Shown here: one piece after another, positions 40,410 to 49,768 of the stretch
Position numbering within the stretch: position 1 is the first letter of the stretch
Layout of the letters: each line of letters opens with the position of its first letter
Assembly: GCA_964607485.1 (NCBI GenBank)
Contig: CAZSKP010000001.1
Location: 128,001 to 192,000 of the forward strand
DNA: 64,000 nucleotides
Direction: 5' to 3'
Source of the DNA: an uncultured bacterium
Lineage (GTDB): Bacteria > Abyssobacteria > SURF-5
Translations under genes and position numbers: made by a program
The notes under the pieces: generated by a model
Seen by the model: only the letters and a program-made list of their open reading frames with translations
Databases searched by the model: none
What the model was told of the DNA's origin: nothing

Positions 40410-41374
40410 TGGCAGCGCGCAAGTCGGCAAAGAAGAGGTCGAGGCTGCTCCGCGTATGGGACAATCTGCGCGCCGTGCTGAAACGTGGAGACCCGACGCG
40501 AGTGTTCGTCGGCAAGTTGGTCAAGGAAAACACAAAGATAATCCAGACGGCCAAGACCACTCCCCGACGCCGCCAGAAGGTGAAGCGCCGGCAGCGCGTA
40601 TTGATGGCCAGGAAGAAACGAATCGCGCGGGCGGCGCTGTCCGCCGTCAAGCTTCTCCTTTTCGGCGCCGCGTTGACTGTGCTGACCGTGAACGTGCTCA
40701 GATACGTGCGTTCTTCCCCGAGGTTTTCCATCGCTCACATTGGGGTGAAGGGGAACACGCACACCACTGCACGCGCGGTCATCCAAAAATCGGGGATAGT
40801 CGAAGGAGAAAACATCTTTCGCGTTAGCCTTGCCGACGCCAAGGCGGCCATCGAGGAGATCCCTCGGGTTCGACGCGCGCGGGTCGAAAGAAAACTACCC
40901 GACGAGATTTACATCGAGATAACAGAACGCCAGCCACTTGCGCCGCTGCTTTCGAGTGAACTTATGTGCATTGACGACGAGGGGGAGGTATTCGCTAAAT
41001 TCAGCCCGTCCGAAAAGATCGACGCTCCCATAATAACGGGCAGAACGCTTGCGGGACTCAAGGTCGGCGACACCGTGAAAGCGGAGGGCATCGTCGAAGC
41101 TCTCGAGATAATCAGAATCATGAACGAAATGAACGTACGGGAGAGTATTCGAATCTCGGAGATAAACATCGACGACCCGGCCAACATACTGATGGTCGAA
41201 CAACAATCGGGCGCAAACATATGTGTCGGGTCGGGGGATTTGCGGGGAAAGCTTTGGAGGCTGGCCAGGGTAGCTGAAACGATCAATCAGGACGAACGCC
41301 TTCAGATCGCCAACTTGGAGGGGATGGACATGAGGTTCGAAGCCATCGTTCCCGCCAAGTTCAAAGACAGTTGA
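40409..41374 (+). CDS. ftsQ: Cell division protein FtsQ/DivIB
   Basis: Basic N-terminus, single TM, POTRA domain (RKLPDEIYIEITER), C-terminal DMRF. Confidence 0.9.
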   Translation: MAARKSAKKRSRLLRVWDNLRAVLKRGDPTRVFVGKLVKENTKIIQTAKTTPRRRQKVKRRQRVLMARKKRIARAALSAVKLLLFGAALTVLTVNVLRYVRSSPRFSIAHIGVKGNTHTTARAVIQKSGIVEGENIFRVSLADAKAAIEEIPRVRRARVERKLPDEIYIEITERQPLAPLLSSELMCIDDEGEVFAKFSPSEKIDAPIITGRTLAGLKVGDTVKAEGIVEALEIIRIMNEMNVRESIRISEINIDDPANILMVEQQSGANICVGSGDLRGKLWRLARVAETINQDERLQIANLEGMDMRFEAIVPAKFKDS

Positions 41375-41447
41375 GTCGAAAAGCGCGAGCGAATTCGGTT
41401 CCATCGGAAAGCGGAATTACATCGGAAAGGCAGGTGAAGGGGCGAAT

Positions 41448-42689
41448 ATGGCGAAAGAAGCTCCGATAGTGGCTCTGGACATCGGTACGAGCAAGGTGTG
41501 CGCGCTTATCGGAGAACCCGGACCCGACCGGACGATCAGGGTGTTGGGGTTCAGCGAGAGCAGGTCCGAGGGGTTGAGAAAGGGAATCATAGTTAATGTT
41601 GAACGGACCATCGCGGCCATCCATCAGGCGGTCGAGGAGGCCGAGAACCAGGCCGGCATCGACGTCAACTCGGTTTTCGTCGGGATCTCGGGCGGGCACA
41701 TCAAGAGCTTGAACAGTCGCGGCATGACCGGCGTGGCCAGGAACGACAAGGAGATTACCCGGGATGATGTGAAGCGAGCCATCGAGGCCGCCAAGGCGGT
41801 TGCAATACCCATCGACAGGGAGGTCGTTCACGTGCTTCCCTACGGATTCATAATCGATGGTCAGGACGGCATCCGCGACCCCGTCGGAATGCTGGGCGTG
41901 CGGCTCGAGGTGGATGTGCACATCGTCACGGGATCGGTCACGTCTGTGCAGAATCTCATGAAGAGCGTCAACCGCGCCGGGTTCGATGTCGAGGGCGTCG
42001 TTCTCGAACCCCTGGCGTCGGCGGAATCGACGCTCACCGATGACGAGAAAGACCTCGGCGTGGCGATGATCGATATTGGCGGCGGGACATCGGACATAAT
42101 CGTTTACCTGAACGGTTCCGTGCGCCACAGCGAGGTCATCGGCCTGGGGGGCGAACACGTGACGCGGGATATTTCGCTCGGACTTCGCACGCCCCACGAG
42201 AAGGCCGAGGAGATGAAGAAAGCGCACGGCTGTGCGCTTCAGTCGATGGTCCGCAACGGGCAGACGATCGCCGTGCCCAGCGTAGGCGACCGTCGCGACC
42301 GCGAGGTCGCCCTGCGGGAGATGGTCGAGATAATCGAAATCAGGATGGACGAGCTGATGCGTCTGATCCAGATGGAAATTCAGCTCACGGGCTACGGCGA
42401 ACTCATCGCGGGCGGAGTCGTTCTCACGGGAGGCGCGTCGCTCCTTCCCGGTATCGCCGAAATGAGCGAGGAGATATTCGGATGCCCCGTGAGGATAGGC
42501 GGGCCCCGATACGCGGTCAATCTCGACGAATACAAATCGTTGGCCGGACCTTCCTATGCCACGGTGACCGGCCTGGCACGTTACGGGCTCATCCAGCGTA
42601 GCAGACGCGACTCCTTTGGGCCGAACATTTTTGGAGCATTTGGGAAACTTGTCGGCCGCGTCGGGGGTTGGGTGCGGACTAATCTGTAA
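41448..42689 (+). CDS. ftsA: Cell division protein FtsA
   Basis: ALDIGTSKV, DPVGMLGVRLE, IDIGGGT, VLTGGAS. Confidence 0.97.
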   Translation: MAKEAPIVALDIGTSKVCALIGEPGPDRTIRVLGFSESRSEGLRKGIIVNVERTIAAIHQAVEEAENQAGIDVNSVFVGISGGHIKSLNSRGMTGVARNDKEITRDDVKRAIEAAKAVAIPIDREVVHVLPYGFIIDGQDGIRDPVGMLGVRLEVDVHIVTGSVTSVQNLMKSVNRAGFDVEGVVLEPLASAESTLTDDEKDLGVAMIDIGGGTSDIIVYLNGSVRHSEVIGLGGEHVTRDISLGLRTPHEKAEEMKKAHGCALQSMVRNGQTIAVPSVGDRRDREVALREMVEIIEIRMDELMRLIQMEIQLTGYGELIAGGVVLTGGASLLPGIAEMSEEIFGCPVRIGGPRYAVNLDEYKSLAGPSYATVTGLARYGLIQRSRRDSFGPNIFGAFGKLVGRVGGWVRTNL

Positions 42690-42715
42690 GAATATTTTCC
42701 GGAAGGAGCGAGAAC

Positions 42716-43915
42716 ATGGCTTTCGAGTTCATTGACGAGCCCAACGTCGGCGGGCGTCTCATCGTCATAGGCGTGGGCGGCGGCGGCAGCAATGCCGTGG
42801 ACCACATGATAGAGGCCAGAATCACTGGAGTCGAGTTCATCGCCGTCAACACGGACGCCCAGGCGCTCGAGCGTTCGCGCGCGCCCATCAAGATGCAACT
42901 CGGCGCCGTGCTGACGAAGGGGCGCGGCTCGGGAGGCAACCCCGAGATCGGGCGACAGGCCGCTCTGGAGGATGTGGAACTGATTCGCGAGACGCTGAAA
43001 GGGGCGGAGATGGTGTTCGTGACGGCCGGGTTCGGGGGCGGCACGGGCACCGGCGCCGGCCCGGTGATCGCCGAGGTTGCCAAGAACATGGGTGCGCTGA
43101 CGGTCGCGATCGTGACGAAACCGTTCAACTTCGAAGGAAAACCACGCCACGACAACGCCAACGCGGGCGTCGAAGAGCTGCGAGGTTGTGTGGACACGCT
43201 GATCGTCGTCCCCAACCAGAAGCTTCTCGAGGTGGAGGTGATTGACAGGAGCACGACGATTGTCGATGCGTTCCGGATGGCCGACGACATATTGAGACAG
43301 GGAGTCGAATGCATCTCCGGCCTCATCACGATGACCGGCCTCATCAATCTCGACCTCAACGATGTCCGCCGCATCATGTCCGACACCGGGTCGGCCCTGA
43401 TGGGCGTCGGCTCCGCCACGGGTGAGGGGCGGGCCGTTGCGGCGGCGAGGGGCGCCATCACCTCGCCCCTGCTCGAAAGCTCCGACATGAGCGGCGCGCG
43501 AGGAGTCATAATAAATATCGTCGGAGGCACCAGCCTCTCGCTCTACGAAGTCAACGAGGCCGCCACAATCGTATCCAGAGCCGCCGACCGCGAGGCGAAT
43601 GTGATCTTCGGAGCGGTAATCGACCCGGAGCTCACCGACAAGATAAAGGTCACGGTCATAGCGACCGGGTTCCAGACGGAGGAAGAACGCGCAAAGAAGG
43701 CCGTCCCCAGCGAGCCGGGCAGGCCGATGGAACTGTTCTCCTACGAGGAGCTCGCCAGCACTCCCGCGTTCGTCAGGCATTCCGGCGGCAAGAAGGTGAA
43801 GGTGCTCTCGGCGAGAGGCAAAGAGGGGCTTTTCACGGAAAACCTGGAGATACCGACGTTTATTCGCCGGAAAAACGAGCGGAAGGTGCCGCTGGAGCAG
43901 GAGAACGCCAAATAA
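42716..43915 (+). CDS. ftsZ: Cell division protein FtsZ
   Basis: GVGGGGSNAV, NTDAQAL, GGGTGTG tubulin signature, PFNFEG, C-terminal LEIPTFIRR. Confidence 0.98.
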   Translation: MAFEFIDEPNVGGRLIVIGVGGGGSNAVDHMIEARITGVEFIAVNTDAQALERSRAPIKMQLGAVLTKGRGSGGNPEIGRQAALEDVELIRETLKGAEMVFVTAGFGGGTGTGAGPVIAEVAKNMGALTVAIVTKPFNFEGKPRHDNANAGVEELRGCVDTLIVVPNQKLLEVEVIDRSTTIVDAFRMADDILRQGVECISGLITMTGLINLDLNDVRRIMSDTGSALMGVGSATGEGRAVAAARGAITSPLLESSDMSGARGVIINIVGGTSLSLYEVNEAATIVSRAADREANVIFGAVIDPELTDKIKVTVIATGFQTEEERAKKAVPSEPGRPMELFSYEELASTPAFVRHSGGKKVKVLSARGKEGLFTENLEIPTFIRRKNERKVPLEQENAK

Positions 43916-43958
43916 GCGCGGACCTGAGATCGCACTCCGGCGCCCTCCCGAAGGATGA

Positions 43959-45605
43959 ATGGGAAAGAGCCTTCGTCAGGTAGAACAGTATCGCCGGGCC
44001 AGACTCTCGGTTGAGCGGGGAATGGCGTTGAAAAAGAGCGCGCCGCTGAGAGTGTGCCTCGTCTTTCCGAACACCTACCACGCGGGAATGTCGAACCTTG
44101 CGGTACACACTCTCTACTCGATATTGAACTCAAGGAGAGACTGCATCTGCGAGCGGAGCTTTTGCGAGGAGCCGCTGCTGGGACGTTCGCTCGAAACGGG
44201 CTCTCCATTGGGAAGCTTCCACATCGTGGCGTTTTCCATATCGTTCGAGCTGGATTATCCCAACGTTCTCAAGACGCTGCTCGCGGCGCGCATTCCACTG
44301 CGGACCGCCGACAGGAAGGCATCGCACCCGCTCGTCATAGCGGGCGGGCCCTGCATATTCTCGAATCCGGAACCGCTTGCCGATTGCATCGACCTGTGCG
44401 CCATCGGCGAGGGTGAGGAAATCAGCAATGAGATAGTTGACGTGTTTTCCAAGGCTCGCGCGCGCGGCCTCGACAGGACCTCCACACTTCGCGCTCTCTC
44501 GGAGATTCCGGGAGCGTATGTGCCGTCTCTTCATGAGCCCATCTACTCGGACGGTGGGGAATTGACGGGCATGGAGAGCAAGAAAGGGGGCGGCCTTCCC
44601 GTTAAGGCGCGCGTCGTCCCGGAACTCGACAAGTACCCATGTGCATCGGTTATAATAACCCCGGAGACCGAGTTTGCGGACATGGTCCTCATCGAGCTCG
44701 GAAGGGGATGCAGGCGGGGGTGCAAGTTCTGCTCGGCTTGTCATACGTATCTGGTGCGCAACCGTTCGCTCGATTCTCTGAAGAAGCAGATTCTTGCCGC
44801 CGAAGGGATGTCGGGCAGGCTGGGGCTTGTGACATCCGACCTGGCGGATTATCCGCGCAGGAGGGAACTGCTCTCCTTCCTGCTGAATAAAGGCTTCGGT
44901 TTTTCAGTCTCATCCATAAGAGCCGACGCGATAACCGACGACGTGCTCGCCGGCATGAGGGCATGCGGGCAGCGGACGCTGACGCTCGCTCCCGAGGCAG
45001 TGGGGGAAAAACTGGCCGCCCTGACCGGCAAAAGAATCACCGCCGACATGGTCCTGAGGGCGGTCGATATGGCGCTCGACCAGCATATACCTAGCTTCCG
45101 ACTGTACTTCATGATCGGTTTCCCAGGGGAGGAAGACGACGATGTCGGGGCCATAGTCGAGCTTGCCTCGCGCGTGCAGGGATTGATGCGCCGAGCCGCG
45201 AAGGGTCTCCGGAAAATCGGCAGGCTGACCATAAGCGTGAACCCTTTTGTACCCAAACCGTTCACACCTTTGGAATCGGCCCCGTTTGCGGGTATGTCGG
45301 TTCTTGCGAGCCGCGTCAAAATTCTGCGCCGGGGTCTGGCCCGGCTCGCAAACACGAGTCTTACGGTAGAGAGTCCCCGCATGGCCAAGCTCCAGTGCGC
45401 CTTCGCGCGTGGCGACAGGCGAGTGGCGAGTCTGGCGCAATCGGTGGCCGAGGGCGGGACGGTCTCTCAGGCCATGCGGAGTTTTGGAGACAGGATAGAA
45501 CGATATACAGGCGCCCAGCCGGAGGGCGTCGGCATGCGTCCCTGGCACACAATCGAACCGCCGGCGGCGCAAAGGAAAAGGGTTGCGAGAAAGGATCGAC
45601 TTTGA
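43959..45605 (+). CDS. Radical SAM protein with N-terminal B12-binding-like domain (TIGR03960-like)
   Basis: FPNTYHAGMSNL, AGGP...NPEP, RGCRRGCKFC (CxxxCxxC), TLAPE, LYFMIGFP, FVPKPFTP. Confidence 0.9.
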   Translation: MGKSLRQVEQYRRARLSVERGMALKKSAPLRVCLVFPNTYHAGMSNLAVHTLYSILNSRRDCICERSFCEEPLLGRSLETGSPLGSFHIVAFSISFELDYPNVLKTLLAARIPLRTADRKASHPLVIAGGPCIFSNPEPLADCIDLCAIGEGEEISNEIVDVFSKARARGLDRTSTLRALSEIPGAYVPSLHEPIYSDGGELTGMESKKGGGLPVKARVVPELDKYPCASVIITPETEFADMVLIELGRGCRRGCKFCSACHTYLVRNRSLDSLKKQILAAEGMSGRLGLVTSDLADYPRRRELLSFLLNKGFGFSVSSIRADAITDDVLAGMRACGQRTLTLAPEAVGEKLAALTGKRITADMVLRAVDMALDQHIPSFRLYFMIGFPGEEDDDVGAIVELASRVQGLMRRAAKGLRKIGRLTISVNPFVPKPFTPLESAPFAGMSVLASRVKILRRGLARLANTSLTVESPRMAKLQCAFARGDRRVASLAQSVAEGGTVSQAMRSFGDRIERYTGAQPEGVGMRPWHTIEPPAAQRKRVARKDRL

Positions 45606-46408
45606 AAAACACACTATTTTTCATCACTATCGTATCGTTTTTGCTCGCCGGCACCATCGCCGGCGCGACAGTCGGCTCGGAGGGGGAACAAGCCATCTCC
45701 AAAGTGAAGCTCACGCAGGAGTCGTTGCCGCCTGGCATGAGAATTGCTCAAGAAGTCTGGGCTTCCGCATCACAGTTGCTCAAGATTCGGACGAGAGTGG
45801 GGTTTCCCATACAGGCTCTGCTTAGTCAAGCAATGCTGTATGAGAACGACCAGGCGAGAGTAAACTATATGGCGGCCCCGGACGAGGAGTGGCTCAACTT
45901 CGGCTACTCGAAGCTCGTTGAAACGGATGGGGCCAAGAGCTTCATCTTCTTGAAGGATAATGTGATTGTGCAAATAGCCGCCACTACGAGAGAATTCAGC
46001 GACGAGGTCGCCCATCTGTTCAAGGCCGACCCCGTACATTATCGCAAGATCAGGACAGACCGTTTGCCGAAAGACTGGTTCTTGTTGGGTGAAGGATTCC
46101 TGACGGGTGAGGAGGCGCAAGAATATGACCGGGAACTCGGCGGGCAGTTAGAAAGTTCGCTCATGCAGGAATTCCTTGCCAATCGCATGAGAATAAAAGT
46201 CAAATACTATGAATGCGACACACCGCGTGCAGCCGACGAGATCGCGCAGTACATTGCAGACAAGAAAAGCCCGGGTATCAAGCGGACAGTCGAGGCTCAG
46301 GGAGCCGTCGTCGTGGTGACGGAATCTCAGAATGAGGAACTCAACCGCCGCGCCATGTCGCTCGTGAACTGGAAGCCGAGCATCGGAGCAGGCCTTGCTC
46401 CCCGGTAA
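45602..46408 (+). CDS. Exported hypothetical protein with two similar halves
   Basis: TTG 45602 overlaps the radical SAM stop. Signal peptide MKNTLFFITIVSFLLAGTIAGA; LPPGMRIAQE and LPKDWFLLGE open the two halves. Confidence 0.72.
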   Translation: MKNTLFFITIVSFLLAGTIAGATVGSEGEQAISKVKLTQESLPPGMRIAQEVWASASQLLKIRTRVGFPIQALLSQAMLYENDQARVNYMAAPDEEWLNFGYSKLVETDGAKSFIFLKDNVIVQIAATTREFSDEVAHLFKADPVHYRKIRTDRLPKDWFLLGEGFLTGEEAQEYDRELGGQLESSLMQEFLANRMRIKVKYYECDTPRAADEIAQYIADKKSPGIKRTVEAQGAVVVVTESQNEELNRRAMSLVNWKPSIGAGLAPR

Positions 46409-46472
46409 CGCGCGTAAAGCGCAATGCCTTGTTTGACAGGATGTTACGGGAAGGCCTGCGGCTGGAGCATAC

Positions 46473-46501
46473 TTGAGTTTGGCCCGGTTTTGTGCTATTA
46501 T
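46473..46501 (+). promoter_or_regulatory. Putative sigma70 promoter for smpB-ssrA
   Basis: TTGAGT (46473-46478), 17 bp, TATTAT (46496-46501), with extended TG. Confidence 0.5.
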
Positions 46502-46512
46502 ATTCTGGTGAT

Positions 46513-46965
46513 ATGAGCCAGAAAATCGTGGCGGTCAACCGCAAGGCAAGAAGAGATTATGAGATTCTCGAATCTTTCGAGGCGGGCATGGCACTGAGCG
46601 GGACGGAGGTGAAATCGCTCCGCGAAGGCAAGGCGAATCTGAAGGACAGTTACGCAAAGATACTGGGGGGCGAGGTCTTTCTCGTGAATGCGCACATAAG
46701 CCCTTACTCCCATGGGAACGTGCAAAACCATGAGCCGTTGCGTGATAGGAAACTGCTTCTGCATAAGGCCGAGATCAAGCGTCTGACGGGAAAGACCGAG
46801 GAAAAGGGGCTGACGCTCATTCCATTGAAATTGTATTTCGAGCGCGGCCGAGCCAAGGTCGAGCTTGCGCTTGCTCGCGGGAAAAGAGAGTACGACAAGC
46901 GGGAAACGATAAAGAGGAGGGATTTGCAGAGGGAGATAGAAAGGGAGCTTAAGGGCAGGAAGTAG
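46513..46965 (+). CDS. smpB: SsrA-binding protein
   Basis: [34 protein letters not shown]. Confidence 0.98.
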   Translation: MSQKIVAVNRKARRDYEILESFEAGMALSGTEVKSLREGKANLKDSYAKILGGEVFLVNAHISPYSHGNVQNHEPLRDRKLLLHKAEIKRLTGKTEEKGLTLIPLKLYFERGRAKVELALARGKREYDKRETIKRRDLQREIERELKGRK

Positions 46966-46984
46966 TGGGAGCAAGTCAACTCAT

Positions 46985-47337
46985 GGGGGCGAAATGGGTT
47001 CGACAGGGATAATCGCTTCCTGGGTCGCATGCCGAGCTCCCCGACCACTCGTTAAACGGGCGGGAACTAAAATGTAATTGCAGAACCACAGTTCGCAATG
47101 GCGGCCTGATAAGGCCACCCAGCCCTCCCGGCAGGCCTGCGGGCCGGGAACGGCTGTCGACGAGCAGGATAGCGTCGGCGGAATGTCCGAACCTCCGGCG
47201 TGAAACCCTTCGGGCTGGCGGTTCGTGAATCCCTCTCACGGGAGCCACGCGCCGCGAGAACAAAACGTGAGATAAGCATGTAGAAGCCCACGAGGTGGGG
47301 TCTCTGGACGGGGGTTCGATTCCCCCCGCCTCCACCA
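46985..47337 (+). ncRNA. ssrA: tmRNA
   Basis: 5' GGGGGCG pairs with CGCCTCC-ACCA (G3:U70 Ala identity); T-arm GGGGTTCGATTCCCC; tag frame GCA 47080 to TGA 47109 encodes (A)AEPQFAMAA; directly follows smpB. Confidence 0.97.
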
Positions 47338-47401
47338 CACCAGAGAGAGATTGGGAAACCGAAGGTTGTATAGAGAATCGCTCTTGAATGCTGGATTGAC
47401 A

Positions 47402-48994
47402 ATGGTGCGAAACGGACGGAAGGATGCGATTTTGTTGCTGAGTCGAAGAGCATTAGCAGTGCTCATGGCGCTGTGTTTGGTCGTCGGGCTTTCTTCCCCC
47501 GCGCCGGCCGAATCCCTTGCGCAGGCTCACCTGGCGGAACAAAGGGTCCCGTTGCCCGAAGCCGCCCGGTATTTCGGGGTGGAAACCTCCTGGAAACCCG
47601 CCGAACGAAGGCTGTCGTTCACTCACGAGGGTCACCGCGCGGAAATTCTCATCGGCAGTGACCGCTTGATGGTCGATGACTATCTGATGGTTCTTGCTTC
47701 TCCCGTCGTTGCCACCGGTGGGAGCATAGGCATTTCACTGGCGGATTCGGCGGAGTTGTTCTCCCGGCTGCTCGGACGACAGGTGACGGAGAAGGAAATC
47801 TCTTCGGCCGGGCTCATCCCCCGTCAGCGCTCCGAGGCGAGCGAAGCGAACCTGATCAAGAATGTGCGCTATATATCCTATCCCCGCTTCACGCGTCTCA
47901 TCATCAGTGTGGTCGGCGATCGGAGTGTCGAAGACATTGATGTGAAGTGCCTGAAGGGCGCAAAGATGTTCACGGTCGAGCTTCCGCGGTCCCGCTTCAT
48001 GCAATCGGCGGAACCGATAAAAGTCGGCGACAGGATAGTGGAACAGGTCGAGCCCGTCCAAACGAACACCGACGCCAAACTCATCGTGAGAACCATCCCG
48101 GATGAGATCGATTACGAAGTTCAGAGATATGATGATCCCCCGAGGCTGGTGGTCGATATAAAGACCATCGAGCCCGCCATAGTGGCCGATTTTTCCGACA
48201 CCCCCACCTTGTCCCCCCAACCCGAAGAGTGGACAGAGCAGCCGGCGATGCACAAGCCTCAGCAACTTCCCTTCACGACGATCGTGATTGACCCCGGACA
48301 CGGAGGCAAAGACCAGGGAGCACGCGGCCGCGGCGGGTTGCTGGAGAAGGACGTCACCCTCGATATCGCCCTCAAGCTCAAGGAACTCATCGAAAGCGAC
48401 CCCGGCATGAAGGTTGTCCTTACGCGCTCGGGCGACTATTTCGTCTCGCTCAAGGAACGCACGGCGATCGCGAACCATGCCAAGGGCGGCGCGCCCGCCG
48501 ACCTGTTCATAAGCGTCCACACGAATTCGCACAAGAGTCCAAAGGTGGCGGGATTTGAAGCGTACTACATTTCGGATGCGATAGACCCGGGCTCGGAGGC
48601 CACGGCGGCGATGGAAAACGCAGTGGTTGACCTCGAATGGGATACGGGCGGCCCGGCTGAATCCGCCCTTACTCCAATACTATGGGATTTGCAGTTTACG
48701 GAGTTTATCTCCGAGAGCAGCGAGCTCGCTTTCATAGCGAAGGAAGAGTTGGCCGAACGACTCAACACACGAAACCGTGGGGTCAGGCAGGCGCAATTCA
48801 TCGTGCTGGCAGGCGTGGCCATGCCCTCTATCCTCGTCGAAGTCGGGTTCATTTCGAACCGCATCGAGGAGGCAAAATTGAAGACGGCCGATTACAAGGA
48901 CAAGTGCGCCGAAGCGCTCGCAGCGTCCGTGGCGACCTTCAAAGAACGCTATGAAACGAGGCTCGGGCTTCTGAACAGGAAATCAAATCCTTGA
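47402..48994 (+). CDS. N-acetylmuramoyl-L-alanine amidase (Amidase_3) with N-terminal stalk/AMIN-like domains
   Basis: Signal peptide; DPPRLVVD (AMIN); IDPGHGGKD, EKD, FISVHTN, PSILVEVGFISN. Confidence 0.93.
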   Translation: MVRNGRKDAILLLSRRALAVLMALCLVVGLSSPAPAESLAQAHLAEQRVPLPEAARYFGVETSWKPAERRLSFTHEGHRAEILIGSDRLMVDDYLMVLASPVVATGGSIGISLADSAELFSRLLGRQVTEKEISSAGLIPRQRSEASEANLIKNVRYISYPRFTRLIISVVGDRSVEDIDVKCLKGAKMFTVELPRSRFMQSAEPIKVGDRIVEQVEPVQTNTDAKLIVRTIPDEIDYEVQRYDDPPRLVVDIKTIEPAIVADFSDTPTLSPQPEEWTEQPAMHKPQQLPFTTIVIDPGHGGKDQGARGRGGLLEKDVTLDIALKLKELIESDPGMKVVLTRSGDYFVSLKERTAIANHAKGGAPADLFISVHTNSHKSPKVAGFEAYYISDAIDPGSEATAAMENAVVDLEWDTGGPAESALTPILWDLQFTEFISESSELAFIAKEELAERLNTRNRGVRQAQFIVLAGVAMPSILVEVGFISNRIEEAKLKTADYKDKCAEALAASVATFKERYETRLGLLNRKSNP

Positions 48995-49596
48995 CGAAGG
49001 AGCGCTCTCTGAAAATAGCGCTCGCGGTTCTGTGGGCGCTCGTTGTGCTTTTGCTGCTGGGATTCGGGTTGAAACTGCTGAAAGATTTCGTCCTCGCTCC
49101 GGAACAGACAACCTCTTTTCCATCGAGTCGGACTCCCCCTCGGACCGAAAAGCGTGTGATTAAGCTGTATTTTGCCGACGAAGACGCCGACGCGCTGGTT
49201 TCGGAGAAACGTTCGGTCAAGTTGGGAGCCGGAGCTTCGGCGGACGCGACGACCATAGTATCGGAGCTCATGAGGGGCCCGCAATCGGCAGGACTATTCC
49301 CGACCATACCCGCCGACACCAAGCTGCTCGATGCGTACAAGCTTGGCGACACGCTCGTTCTCGATTTCACACGCGAGCTGCAGAGCAATCACCCCGGGGG
49401 GTCCACCGGCGAGTTGCTGACCGTGTACTCTATTGTGAACACCATGACGGAAAACATGTACGGCATCAAAAGGGTGCAAATATTGCTGGAGGGAGAGGAA
49501 ATAGAGACCCTGACGGGACACATGGACCTCACAAGGCCCCTTCCTCCCGATACGAAGTGGATGACGGCTCAGCCGCCCATCGAGCCGGGGGCCTGA
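48991..49596 (+). CDS. GerMN domain membrane-anchored protein
   Basis: N-terminal TM; LYFAD...LVSEKR, ELMRGP, GGSTGE..TVYSIVNT, VQILLEG, TLTGHMDL. Confidence 0.9.
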   Translation: MTKERSLKIALAVLWALVVLLLLGFGLKLLKDFVLAPEQTTSFPSSRTPPRTEKRVIKLYFADEDADALVSEKRSVKLGAGASADATTIVSELMRGPQSAGLFPTIPADTKLLDAYKLGDTLVLDFTRELQSNHPGGSTGELLTVYSIVNTMTENMYGIKRVQILLEGEEIETLTGHMDLTRPLPPDTKWMTAQPPIEPGA

Positions 49597-49768
49597 ACGT
49601 GCCATCGGGCCTGGGGTAGGCAGGGCCGGCGCGTCACCACCCATGTGAGTTAGCGTTGAAGGATCGCCTCACCAGCTTCCAGAGCCTCAAACCGGCCGCC
49701 TCAGAGACTTCCGGTCGATTCGGCGAAGAGAGTCGCCTCCCGAAAGCAATCATGTTATCCTGGGAATT

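Noticed and set aside
47300-47400. tmRNA 3' end as an integration site
   Set aside because: No integrase follows and no duplicate of the 3' end was seen; the site appears empty.
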